A stretch of DNA of 64,000 nucleotides from Cenarchaeum sp. (GTDB taxonomy: Archaea > Thermoproteota > Nitrososphaeria > Nitrososphaerales > Nitrosopumilaceae), in assembly GCA_963693095.2 (NCBI GenBank), contig OY843768.1, positions 1,280,001-1,344,000 of the forward strand, given 5' to 3'. This document shows positions 44,269 to 52,451 of this stretch, in pieces. The stretch's first letter is position 1; every line of letters begins with the position of its first letter. The notes beneath the pieces are model-generated. The model saw only the letters and a list, made by a program, of their open reading frames with translations, made no database searches and was not told where the DNA came from. The position numbers and the translations under genes are program-made.

Positions 44269-44284
44269 TCGGGCGCGCGCTAGG

Positions 44285-44291
44285 TTATAAG
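44285..44291 (-). promoter_or_regulatory. Probable TATA box of the giant gene
   Basis: TTATAA lies 17-22 nt upstream of ATG 44268. The spacing is short, so the Met at 44235 may be the true start. Confidence 0.5.
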
Positions 44292-44302
44292 CATAATGGC
44301 AA

Positions 44303-44471
44303 AAAATAGCACGATCAGGCCCTGATCGCGCCCCCCCCCCCCCCCCCCATTTTTGGGGGGGTGAACGTCGGACCGCAAGACGCCAGACTGCCAAGTCGGC
44401 ACAGGTGGGCATTGGGCCGGCGCAGGCCGACAGGCCAGCAGAAGAGTCCCGTGTCGCACTTTGCGCAGGGC
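44303..44471. repeat. Intergenic direct repeat copy 1 (palindrome + C18 tract + conserved core)
   Basis: CGATCAGG-C-CCTGATCG inverted repeat, C18 (44331-44348), ATTTTT-G7, and a 46 bp core (44414-44459) identical to 48219-48264. Confidence 0.92.
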
Positions 44472-44529
44472 AGGCGGACAAGTCAATCATCGATCGCAAA
44501 AAAGCAGCGGCCGTGCCGGCGCAGAAATC

Positions 44530-45477
44530 CTATTTGGCGCGAACTGTAAACCCTGGGAGTGAGTTTGCCGAGCCGCTCTCGGCTGTGGCGCAATAGCGCG
44601 CAACAGTCAGCTCGCCATCCTCACAGTGAACTGCAGTGGGGCCACTGATGAACAGCGGCCCGCCGCGCATAGATGTAACATAGGCCATGTCATCAGGAAT
44701 ATTGTCATTTTGCAGAACCGTCAGTCCGGGGAATCGAAAGACATTGCTGTACGGCGAGTCTGCGGCATCGTCATGCTCTACTGTTATGGACGGATTCACA
44801 AACATCGTGTCGAGCCGGTATGGCAAGTCACCACCAAGGCTCTTGACAAGGTTCAGTGCAAGACTTGAGGATATTGGGCGGTCGATATTTAGGGTCGGCT
44901 CGTGTTCGGGGAGCTCGGCAAGCCGTTCCAGGCAAAGTGCGTCCTCAAAGGACCAGATTTTTGGCATGATATCGTTGAGAAGTCCTGACGGGCCGGGATT
45001 GTCAAGCAGGCGTTTGGAGACGGAGAATATTCCAGGACGCATGCCAATTGATCTATCAGGTAAAGGAAATCGCATAACTCCATAAGGATCTGACGACAAT
45101 TGGAATGCCATATCGTCAAGAGATAGCGCCTCAGGGCGGATTGTGTGAAACCCATATGGTAGGGGAGCTGGCATCGGATATTCAAAAAAAGACTCAATTT
45201 GAGGCTTGGGATCCTGTGAAGGGTATGTAAGCAGGCTATGATCATTTGACGTATATTTCACACGAGTATATTCCGGATCATCATAGTCAATATTGTCAGA
45301 GACACCAACATGGTACACGCAATCGAGATGCTTATTCGCGTTGTACAAGATGATTGCAGAGCTACCAGGAGAAAGAGGGCAGCATTGGACACGGCCACTC
45401 GCAGTCGATCGATTTGACCCATGATGCAATTCGTGTATATGGACTAGTGCTAGCGGCAACTCTTCGGGCACATACAT
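44530..45477 (-). CDS. Hypothetical protein, putative divergent HK97-fold capsid-like protein (paralogue A)
   Basis: The ORF extends to 45663; the likely start is MYVPEE at 45477. Paralogous to 46876-47988. Motifs FSVSKRLLDNPG...IWSFEDALCL, LDTMFVNP and PGLTVLQNDNIPDDMAY resemble HK97 major capsid spine-helix and A-domain motifs. The CDS is likely; the fold call is tentative. Confidence 0.6.
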   Translation of the reverse strand: MYVPEELPLALVHIHELHHGSNRSTASGRVQCCPLSPGSSAIILYNANKHLDCVYHVGVSDNIDYDDPEYTRVKYTSNDHSLLTYPSQDPKPQIESFFEYPMPAPLPYGFHTIRPEALSLDDMAFQLSSDPYGVMRFPLPDRSIGMRPGIFSVSKRLLDNPGPSGLLNDIMPKIWSFEDALCLERLAELPEHEPTLNIDRPISSSLALNLVKSLGGDLPYRLDTMFVNPSITVEHDDAADSPYSNVFRFPGLTVLQNDNIPDDMAYVTSMRGGPLFISGPTAVHCEDGELTVARYCATAESGSANSLPGFTVRAK

Positions 45478-45763
45478 GTCAAGGCTCACACGCCAGGGCA
45501 ACAGACGGAAAGATATACGTGTTTGAGCAGAAATGGCACAAGTCCTGCAATATATGCGGCAAGGATCAGTGCGCGCGCATCGCCCTGAGGAGATGGCATG
45601 GTGTGAGACTTGGATAAACGGCCTTGCCGATACCCGCACTCCTGAACAGTCTCCCCTAGGCACGCTCTTTGACCAGCATGTGACAAAAGGCTGTCAGTCA
45701 TTTGTGGCCAGGCACGGGATCGCGCACCCAAACCCCCAAATCGCCATCGGATCACATGGCGCA

Positions 45764-46780
45764 CTACCAGTGTCCAAGCCTATGCCCCTCCCTTAGCATC
45801 CAGGTAAGCCGCCCAGAGTTGACGCGCAGCTGGCCCACCCTGTATGGAATGTCAACGAGCACGCAAAACAGCACGTGGTCAGCATGGGACTCGTACATGT
45901 CAACCGTGATGTCGCGGCCGAGCCTGTCAGGATACCGGCCAGTGGAATTGTGCAAGAACAGCGGCATGTAATGTGGTGCGTGCGAGATCAAGATCTGAAA
46001 TCCAAACTCCATGACCAGGCGGCGAAGAAACCTGCCATATGGAAAGTCCCCCCCAAGGCGTGACCTTGCGCCATCAGAAAGGAATGCCTGACACTCGCGA
46101 AAATGGCGCGCAAAGAGGGCACGTTCGGCAAGATTCTCCGCAAGCGCCAGATGGCCCGCACGGCATTTTGAGAGGGCGGCATAGTCCAGGGTTTTGTGGG
46201 AGAGCAGCGGTGCCTCCAGGGTGCGGTTGGATATTTTAGGCAAGGCCATGCCAGTCCGTCCGGTGAGGGAGAGGATTGAGGAGATGTGCTTTTTTTGCTG
46301 CGAGTTGAGAATGGCAATGGCGTTTTCTTTTACCTGAAATCCCATATGGCTCTTCCATGTGCGAGACTTCCACGACGAGTCACCTAGCCAAACTTTCCAA
46401 GCATGGGCCATGAACTGGGCAGCGTTCTCATCACGGGCCGCATCTGGCCCTGGTGCGGCATTGATATACGAGGCGAGCAGGTCGCCAGACGGCACAGTGG
46501 GCAGCCCCATTCCGGCAATGTGGTCGGCATATAGCCGGTATATGTGGGGATAGAACTGGTGTCCAAGTGAGCCCAGGATAGACGTGCCGATGCCCCGGTC
46601 AACCTCCTCGCAAAGCCTGAGAACAACGGCCTTTAGCTGTTTTTCAATGGACTGCTGGCCAAGATACATGGCAGGCCCCAGGGCGTATCCGGACCGGCAG
46701 AACCTTGCGATGAGCTGGGCCTGCCTCAGCTCAGAGGTGGACTGCTGCTCAAAATGCCCCGACATTTGGCGCATGGGCAA
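45764..46780 (-). CDS. HEPN-domain-like protein with a large internal insertion
   Basis: AMYLGQQSIEKQLKAVVL...SLGHQF matches the HEPN N-terminal QQxxEKxLKA...H signature, and C-terminal GRYPD matches the HEPN RYP motif. About 200 aa lie between the two. Confidence 0.65.
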   Translation of the reverse strand: MPMRQMSGHFEQQSTSELRQAQLIARFCRSGYALGPAMYLGQQSIEKQLKAVVLRLCEEVDRGIGTSILGSLGHQFYPHIYRLYADHIAGMGLPTVPSGDLLASYINAAPGPDAARDENAAQFMAHAWKVWLGDSSWKSRTWKSHMGFQVKENAIAILNSQQKKHISSILSLTGRTGMALPKISNRTLEAPLLSHKTLDYAALSKCRAGHLALAENLAERALFARHFRECQAFLSDGARSRLGGDFPYGRFLRRLVMEFGFQILISHAPHYMPLFLHNSTGRYPDRLGRDITVDMYESHADHVLFCVLVDIPYRVGQLRVNSGRLTWMLREGHRLGHW

Positions 46781-46875
46781 TCACGTGACATGTCCCGTGC
46801 CATCCATTGTCAGTAGGGTCATGCGCGCGCACGGGCAGCCGTGCCGCAGGCGAGCAGGGACAGATCCGTGCGCAG

Positions 46876-47988
46876 TCATCTAGTGCCCTCCCCAGACTGT
46901 CTCTTGCCTTTTCTCCACTCCATTGTGGAGTCAAACTTTACGCCCCACGGAACGCTTGGCGCGCCAGGGGTCGGAGGAAATGCCAGATCACAATAGCGCT
47001 CGACTTTGATCTCAGAGTCCGTGCTGTGCAGTATTGACGGGCCGTGGACAAACACCGGGCCCTGCGCAGACGACGTGGCAAATGAGGAGTCAGGGGGCAT
47101 CGAGGATGAGTGCAGGAACGTAATGCCGTTCAGGCGAACCATGTTTCTATAGTCTGGATATCCCTCAGACCAGTCAAGTGTTCTCAGATCACGGCCAAAG
47201 AGCAAGAGATACAGGCCATAGTCCACAAATACCGTGTCAAGGCGCATGTCGTCCGGACGCGAGCGGTTTAGCCTGCCGACAAAGTCCTCGAGATCGGCCA
47301 GGGTAGAGTCCCAGTGGCACGCAAACGTCTCTTCGCCGTCTAGTGCCATCAGCTGCTCAAGGCACATGGCATCCTCGCGCCACCATATGCTGTCAGCCAT
47401 GCTATAGTAAAAGTCATTGGCACCAGGACGCATAAAGTCAGACCTCTTGACCTTGAGCGCAAAGTGCGGCATGTCTGCCATGCCCGTGCGCCCGTGATCG
47501 CACACAGCCTTGCCGTTGGCAGGAGACGGAACCCTGGATTCTGCACATTCCTGCCTGTCAAGACATGTCCGTTGCACCCTAAATCCGGCGGCAAGGGGCG
47601 CAGACGGCGCATTGCCGTCCGGATCCATAACGCGCGCATCGGAGAGCTGCGGCACGTCAGGGGACCCTATGAGGCGCCGGTCAAGCTGGAGCATTGCCTG
47701 GCCCCGGGAGCCGGCCTGGCGGACAGACGCTGCCCTAGAGTACGTGATCCTGCCGTGCGCGCTGACCTCAACTGTAGAACCGGGCTCAAGCGCGCAGCAC
47801 GGCACGCTGTCGACTAGGAATCTCCTCGAGTTGGGGCCTTGCGGGCATGTCGGGGGGACCGCATCGGAGAGCTGCGCCTCGCGATGGCAGTCACAGTGCC
47901 CAAGGAACAGGTCGACTGCCCTGCTCAGCGAGGTCTGATCCGCATAGGAATAGTGGTCTGCATACCCGGCGCGCCCGTCGTTTGTCAT
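46876..47988 (-). CDS. Hypothetical protein, putative divergent HK97-fold capsid-like protein (paralogue B)
   Basis: 370 aa, with TATA-like ATTATAAT upstream at 48009-48016. Shares CCxLxPGS, APLxxGF, IWxxEDAxCLExL, RLDTxFV, YxNxxRxxGxTxL, GPxFxxGP and VxRYC with paralogue A. Confidence 0.62.
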   Translation of the reverse strand: MTNDGRAGYADHYSYADQTSLSRAVDLFLGHCDCHREAQLSDAVPPTCPQGPNSRRFLVDSVPCCALEPGSTVEVSAHGRITYSRAASVRQAGSRGQAMLQLDRRLIGSPDVPQLSDARVMDPDGNAPSAPLAAGFRVQRTCLDRQECAESRVPSPANGKAVCDHGRTGMADMPHFALKVKRSDFMRPGANDFYYSMADSIWWREDAMCLEQLMALDGEETFACHWDSTLADLEDFVGRLNRSRPDDMRLDTVFVDYGLYLLLFGRDLRTLDWSEGYPDYRNMVRLNGITFLHSSSMPPDSSFATSSAQGPVFVHGPSILHSTDSEIKVERYCDLAFPPTPGAPSVPWGVKFDSTMEWRKGKRQSGEGTR

Positions 47989-48094
47989 GCAGATGATTAA
48001 TGGGCGGCATTATAATAATGTGATGGCGTGTGCTAGGTATGAGGTCAGCACCCCTGTGGCCCATTTGGTCAGATAGGCGCGCTGACCTCATACG

Positions 48095-48277
48095 AAAATG
48101 GCGCGATCAGGCCCTGATCTCGCCCCCCCCCCCCCTCCCCAATTTTGGGGGATGAACGTCGAGCCGCAAGACGCCAAACTGTCAAAGTCGGCCCAGGGCT
48201 GGGCATCGGGCGGGCATCGGGCCGGCGCAGGCCGACAGGCCAGCAGAAGAGTCCCGTGTCGCACGTGTGCGCAGGGC
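48095..48277. repeat. Intergenic direct repeat copy 2
   Basis: Same orientation as 44303-44471. GATCAGG-C-CCTGATC, C13-T-C4, AATTTT-G5, and the identical 46 bp core. It carries an extra gggcatcggg duplication. Confidence 0.92.
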
Positions 48278-48845
48278 TGCGACGTGCGAGAACTAGTCGC
48301 AGCAGCAGATCGTGTAAACAGTCCGCGCAGTATCGTCTTTGCGCGCGCGCACAGGTTGTGCGGCCGCATCACGCAGCAGAGAGACACGGCATGAAAGACG
48401 CGGGCGGATCAAGTCAGCCATGCCGCACTGCCATGTCTTGCGTCATGCCTACAGTCTGGCAAGAGATAGCGCGAGGGTGGGGCGTGTCGGCAAGCCACGG
48501 CGTGTGGTGAGCATGATACTGGCGCAATGATTTTCGGTGACCTGAATCGCTCGCGTCACGCGCGCAGGCACAATCCTGTGTCATGAACATGGCGCGCAAA
48601 GAACTGTGCAGCACAAAGCCTGCACACAGTTCCGTCGGCACAAGATGGCACAAGATCGGCAATCACGCACAGGGCGTTCCAGAGAACGCGTGTCCTGATC
48701 AGGGATCGTCTGGAGCCATGCGCGCAAGCCAGGCGACTGACATTGTGGGCGTGTGTGCAGCCGATCAGGAGAACAGGGCATTGCGCGAGGTGGCCACATC
48801 ACACAACGGCCAGAGATAGGCGAGCCGGCACGGTGGCGCCACTAA

Positions 48846-49043
48846 CTATGGCATTGCATACGCGCAGAACAGCGTGCGGTTCACCTTTACGTTGGCAATG
48901 GTTCTGTGCACTATGGGGACGTTGTGGTATGTGGCGGCCTTGCTGCTGCAGATCGCCGCAGTGTATGGAAGACGCGCCCTATCCGCACATTTTGCCGTTA
49001 CCGTGGATATCATCTGCCCACAGGACAAAACTTGAAACATCAT
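48846..49043 (-). pseudogene. Duplicated C-terminal fragment of the prephenate dehydratase-like gene
   Basis: YTAAICSSKAATYHNVPIVHRTIANVKVNRTLFCAYAMP aligns with YIAAICSREAAEHYGVPIVRDDIANVKDNKTEFHVYARP of the upstream gene. An in-frame TGA lies two codons upstream of its ATG. Confidence 0.7.
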
Positions 49044-49096
49044 GCCTCAGGAGATCAGAGCACAGCACATCCCAGAGCCGCACACATGTGAAAATT

Positions 49097-49729
49097 CTAG
49101 GTGTGGATATGTGCGGCAAAGTCGCGCTTGTCATCAGGACGCGCATAGACGTGAAACTCTGTCTTGTTGTCCTTTACGTTTGCAATGTCGTCGCGCACTA
49201 TGGGGACGCCATAGTGTTCTGCGGCCTCGCGGCTGCAGATTGCCGCAATGTATGAAATCTTGTAATCACGCACGTGTTTTATCGCAGCCTCTGTGTCCGT
49301 TATAATCGAGGAGCCAGGAAGTTGTGACATGGAACGCATCCTGTGGCGCCTGAGAAACCGGCTGCATTGGGCAAGGGGCTCGGATTTTGAATAGACAATG
49401 GTGATTTCCCCAAGATCTCCATATGAGGCCAGCACGTGATCTATGGCAAACATGAGCGTATGGACGTTCTGCAGTCCCAGCCTGTCGGCTATTTCAGTGA
49501 CAGGCGTGACCTTGTCACTGCCACGGATCAGTTTGTTCACGGTGTTGTGAACCGGAACCACGGCAATGTCGGCCTTTGTGTCATGCACATTTTGAAGGCA
49601 TTCATCAAACGTGTCAAATGGCATCACGGTCCCCGAGGAGCCAAACAGAGCTCGTGTCGCAAGGCCACTATAGCTCAGCTCTCCACCGATGCGCGCGATC
49701 ACTGGCCGCGCCGCCGATCTTTTCTTCAA
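49097..49729 (-). CDS. Prephenate dehydratase (PDT)-domain protein, degenerate, no ACT domain
   Basis: ADIAVVPVHNT, IDHVL, VYSKSEPLAQCSRFL and AAICSREAAEHYG...IANVKDNKTEF follow the PDT pattern. The likely start is TTG at 49729, about 30 nt below a TTATA box; the ORF extends to 49747. Confidence 0.82.
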   Translation of the reverse strand: MKKRSAARPVIARIGGELSYSGLATRALFGSSGTVMPFDTFDECLQNVHDTKADIAVVPVHNTVNKLIRGSDKVTPVTEIADRLGLQNVHTLMFAIDHVLASYGDLGEITIVYSKSEPLAQCSRFLRRHRMRSMSQLPGSSIITDTEAAIKHVRDYKISYIAAICSREAAEHYGVPIVRDDIANVKDNKTEFHVYARPDDKRDFAAHIHT

Positions 49730-49900
49730 CGCGCCGACATGGCACACGAGCCCTATAAGAGCTTAACAGGATTCGCCACACCCATTAAATGCGGCGTTCG
49801 ATCAGCCCCCACGGCCTCTACACTAGCCTGCCAAGTCGCCCACGGTGGATATCGCCTGCAATGCGCGCATTGGCCAGATGGCAGTTCCACGCGTGCACGC

Positions 49901-50242
49901 TCAATAATCCTGAGCAGGATTGATGACGTCTTCCAGGGATTGCGCCATCTTTACGACAATGTCGCGCACATTGTCATCAGAGAGCGTGTCGAGGACCAGG
50001 GCATCCATCACCTGTTTTGTCGGGATTGCCCCAGTAAAGCCCACGATTCCGGCGAGGTACCCTTGCATATAGCATAGCGCCTCGGGTACCCCGTTGTGCT
50101 CGGTGACAAGCGGAAACATTGGGCAGCCCTTTGGGTCGTCCACTATGCGCGCCGCGTATCGCTTTGTCTCCTCTACGGCGACGTCGAGTGCGAGCTCGTT
50201 GGTCTCCTCGGCCACTTTTCCCCTGACCCTCTGCAGGCTCAT
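49901..50242 (-). CDS. Small hypothetical protein, paralogue 1 of 3 (TKRYAA-CPMFP family)
   Basis: 113 aa; homologous over its full length to 50459-50800 and 54116-54463; own TATA box at 50267-50274. Confidence 0.88.
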   Translation of the reverse strand: MSLQRVRGKVAEETNELALDVAVEETKRYAARIVDDPKGCPMFPLVTEHNGVPEALCYMQGYLAGIVGFTGAIPTKQVMDALVLDTLSDDNVRDIVVKMAQSLEDVINPAQDY

Positions 50243-50458
50243 GCGAACCGAGGCGTGGTGGGCGTAATATTAAAGATTGCGCGATGGGCGGCTCTTACGG
50301 CCTAGCAGAACGACAGGATCGTGCCCACATTTGGCCAAATGGACAGAAATGGTGCTGACCCCACGCAACCCACAAAATTCCCAGAGGCGCTCCGGCCGAA
50401 CCCATTCAGGATGACTGCCTCAAATGGCCTGCCGGGGCACGCTGTCTGCAGCGCGCGC

Positions 50459-50800
50459 TCAATAGTCCTGCGGTGGGTTGATGCACTCGTCCAGGGACGG
50501 CGTCATTTTTAAGACAATGTCGCGCACATTGTCATCAGAGAGCGCATCGCGAACCATCGAGTTCATCACATCCCTAGTTGGGGTAGCCCCGGCAAAGTCC
50601 GCGATTCCGGCGAGGTAGCCGTGCAGATAGCAGAGCGTCTCGAGTGCCCCGCCGTGACTGGTGAGCACAGGAAACATTGGACAGGCCTTTGGGTTGGCAA
50701 CTATGCTCGCCGCGTATCTCTTTGTCTCGCTCACGGCGACATCGAGTGCCAGGGGGTTGGGCGCCGGGGTTCCTTTTTTCGTGGCCGTCTGCTGGCTCAT
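50459..50800 (-). CDS. Small hypothetical protein, paralogue 2 of 3
   Basis: 113 aa; LALDVAVSETKRYAA...CPMFP...CYLHGYLAG...LSDDNVRDIV...INPPQDY; TATA at 50824-50831. Confidence 0.88.
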   Translation of the reverse strand: MSQQTATKKGTPAPNPLALDVAVSETKRYAASIVANPKACPMFPVLTSHGGALETLCYLHGYLAGIADFAGATPTRDVMNSMVRDALSDDNVRDIVLKMTPSLDECINPPQDY

Positions 50801-51408
50801 GCTGCATCCGACAGGTGTGCGCTATATTAAATATTCTAATGATCGTGGATTTTGGGGCTCAAGCACGGGCTATCGCCGATTCTGGCCACGGACTCTACAC
50901 AGGACAGGCAATGGCACCCCATGACACATGAGCTAGCGCTGTGGCTCAATCACCACTGCGCCAAAGTTATAGTTCAATTTCGTGCCAGAGCCATCATCTG
51001 TTAGTATCTCCACCAGTCTGCCCAAGAGTGCCTTGCCCGTCACGGGGTCTGACATCTCTTCAGCAGACATTGCGCGCACCCGCGCCACGGATTGGCATAG
51101 ATCTGTGGGGGATCTTGGGGTTCAAGCCAGCAAAGACTTATCAAAGCGCATGAGTACGGATCGGGGTGAAAATTCGGATCAAGGGTGCGAGGCAGAGGGT
51201 AGATCTCAAGAGTGTCACAGACCACGAGTCCAGCGCGTACAGGCAGGCCAGCGTAGGCATGCACAGATCAATGATTGTGCCGATCCGAAACGAGTGCCTT
51301 GTAGGGGGCGGAACGGATGCGCCACATGCGTCAGAACCACAATTGGCCGCCACGAGGCAAGAGGGCGCAGGCGCGCACGTGAACCATACGGGCACCGAGA
51401 TTGAGCGG

Positions 51409-51885
51409 ATGGAGCGCATCGGAACCCTGTTCAGGTTTTTCAACTATCTGCATATGAAAGGTGTTTTGGCCGACGGTGACACGCTCGACAAACTAGAGGT
51501 ACAGCGCAAGCTGCAAAGGTGCGCTTATATCGCAAAAAAGCTGGGGACAGACATGGGATACGAGTTTGGCTTTTTGGACAGTGGGGCGTTCTCAACGGAC
51601 ATTGCAATAGACATCTATGATCGCGGATGTGGAGAGGGGGGCACAGAGCCATTTGTGCGCGATCCCGATGCCTCGCGGATGTTTGTTCAGATGGTGCAGG
51701 GACGCAATGTGGAATGGTTGGATGTTGCGACGTTTGCCCTTCGCGAGAACCATGGAAATGAGACACTAGACGAGTTCGTCAAGCGCATGAAGCGCGAAAA
51801 TATCGAATATGGCAAAAAGCTGGTTATGGACGTGTTTGGCCATGTTCGCGCATGCATGAATGGGGAGGTCACGGGGCAGGCATGA
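51409..51885 (+). CDS. YwgA/Panacea (DUF4065)-like winged-helix protein
   Basis: RKLQRCAYIAKKLGTDMGYEFGFLDSGAFSTDIAIDIY resembles the KLQKLxYl..xG..lgY.F...yGPyS.dl signature. The ORF extends to 51166, but the homologous-looking part begins near Met 51409. Confidence 0.6.
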   Translation: MERIGTLFRFFNYLHMKGVLADGDTLDKLEVQRKLQRCAYIAKKLGTDMGYEFGFLDSGAFSTDIAIDIYDRGCGEGGTEPFVRDPDASRMFVQMVQGRNVEWLDVATFALRENHGNETLDEFVKRMKRENIEYGKKLVMDVFGHVRACMNGEVTGQA

Positions 51886-52406
51886 GCTCGACTCCGCGGT
51901 GGCTAGGCTGGTTAGGTACCCTAGCAGGAATCGTCTCCATAATGGTTCTCGTTCCGGACATCAGGGAGCATGCCATGATCGTGCTGGGAATCTTTTCTGC
52001 AACATTGGCAGTAAACGTGATATGGGTGGCCGTAAAATCTGAAAAAGCGCAAAGGAGGGAGGATTACAGCATGATCATGGACGTGCAGTTTGTGGCAAGG
52101 CAGTGCGAGCACGCTTTAGAGATGTTGGGCAGAACTGCAGGAACGCATGATGGGAGCACATATCGTGCGCTTGACCAGCTTGCCACAAGAATTAGCCTTT
52201 GCATTACTAGGTATAGACGCTATCTCAACCCCGCAACTATAGAATCCCTAAAGGGCGTCGAGATGGTCATCATGAAAGCCCAGATCAACAGGGACACACG
52301 GATGACACTCACCATCTTTCCCATCAATAAGGCCATCATGGGAATAAAGTACGGCATACGCGAGATCGATGACGCTGACCTCCAAGCCGCACGTCGCAGG
52401 ATATAG
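51882..52406 (+). CDS. Membrane protein with two N-terminal TM helices and a helical soluble domain
   Basis: ATGA overlap with the upstream stop (51882-51885). Hydrophobic segments WLGWLGTLAGIVSIMVLV and AMIVLGIFSATLAVNVIWVAV. Confidence 0.75.
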   Translation: MSSTPRWLGWLGTLAGIVSIMVLVPDIREHAMIVLGIFSATLAVNVIWVAVKSEKAQRREDYSMIMDVQFVARQCEHALEMLGRTAGTHDGSTYRALDQLATRISLCITRYRRYLNPATIESLKGVEMVIMKAQINRDTRMTLTIFPINKAIMGIKYGIREIDDADLQAARRRI

Positions 52407-52451
52407 GCCAGCTTTGGCATGTCACATGTAACATACGCCGACTGTAGTGCG

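Noticed and set aside
16-44290. Dozens of plus-strand ORFs (Val/Ser/Ala-rich or Arg-rich, up to 519 aa) and short minus-strand ORFs in other frames
   Set aside because: Antisense or off-frame shadows of the giant gene's biased codons (ACG/GAC/GCC). The Val/Ser-rich set stays in one frame and ends mostly at TAG where the real frame has Tyr-adjacent codons.
44280-44596. Short ORFs across the direct repeats (GGGGGG-containing; also 48088-48510)
   Set aside because: They are translations of the non-coding repeat. Frames and ends differ between the two copies.
44530-48277. Intact provirus
   Set aside because: Only capsid-like genes are present. I found no terminase, portal, tail, integrase or att-tRNA, and the region is under 4 kb.
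48280-48845. Several 60-120 aa ORFs in the gap between repeat copy 2 and the PDT fragment
   Set aside because: Overlapping Arg/Cys-rich frames with no recognisable motif or promoter; treated as non-coding or decayed sequence.
49097-49747. Calling this gene pheA
   Set aside because: Key motifs are altered and the ACT domain is missing, so the symbol was withheld.
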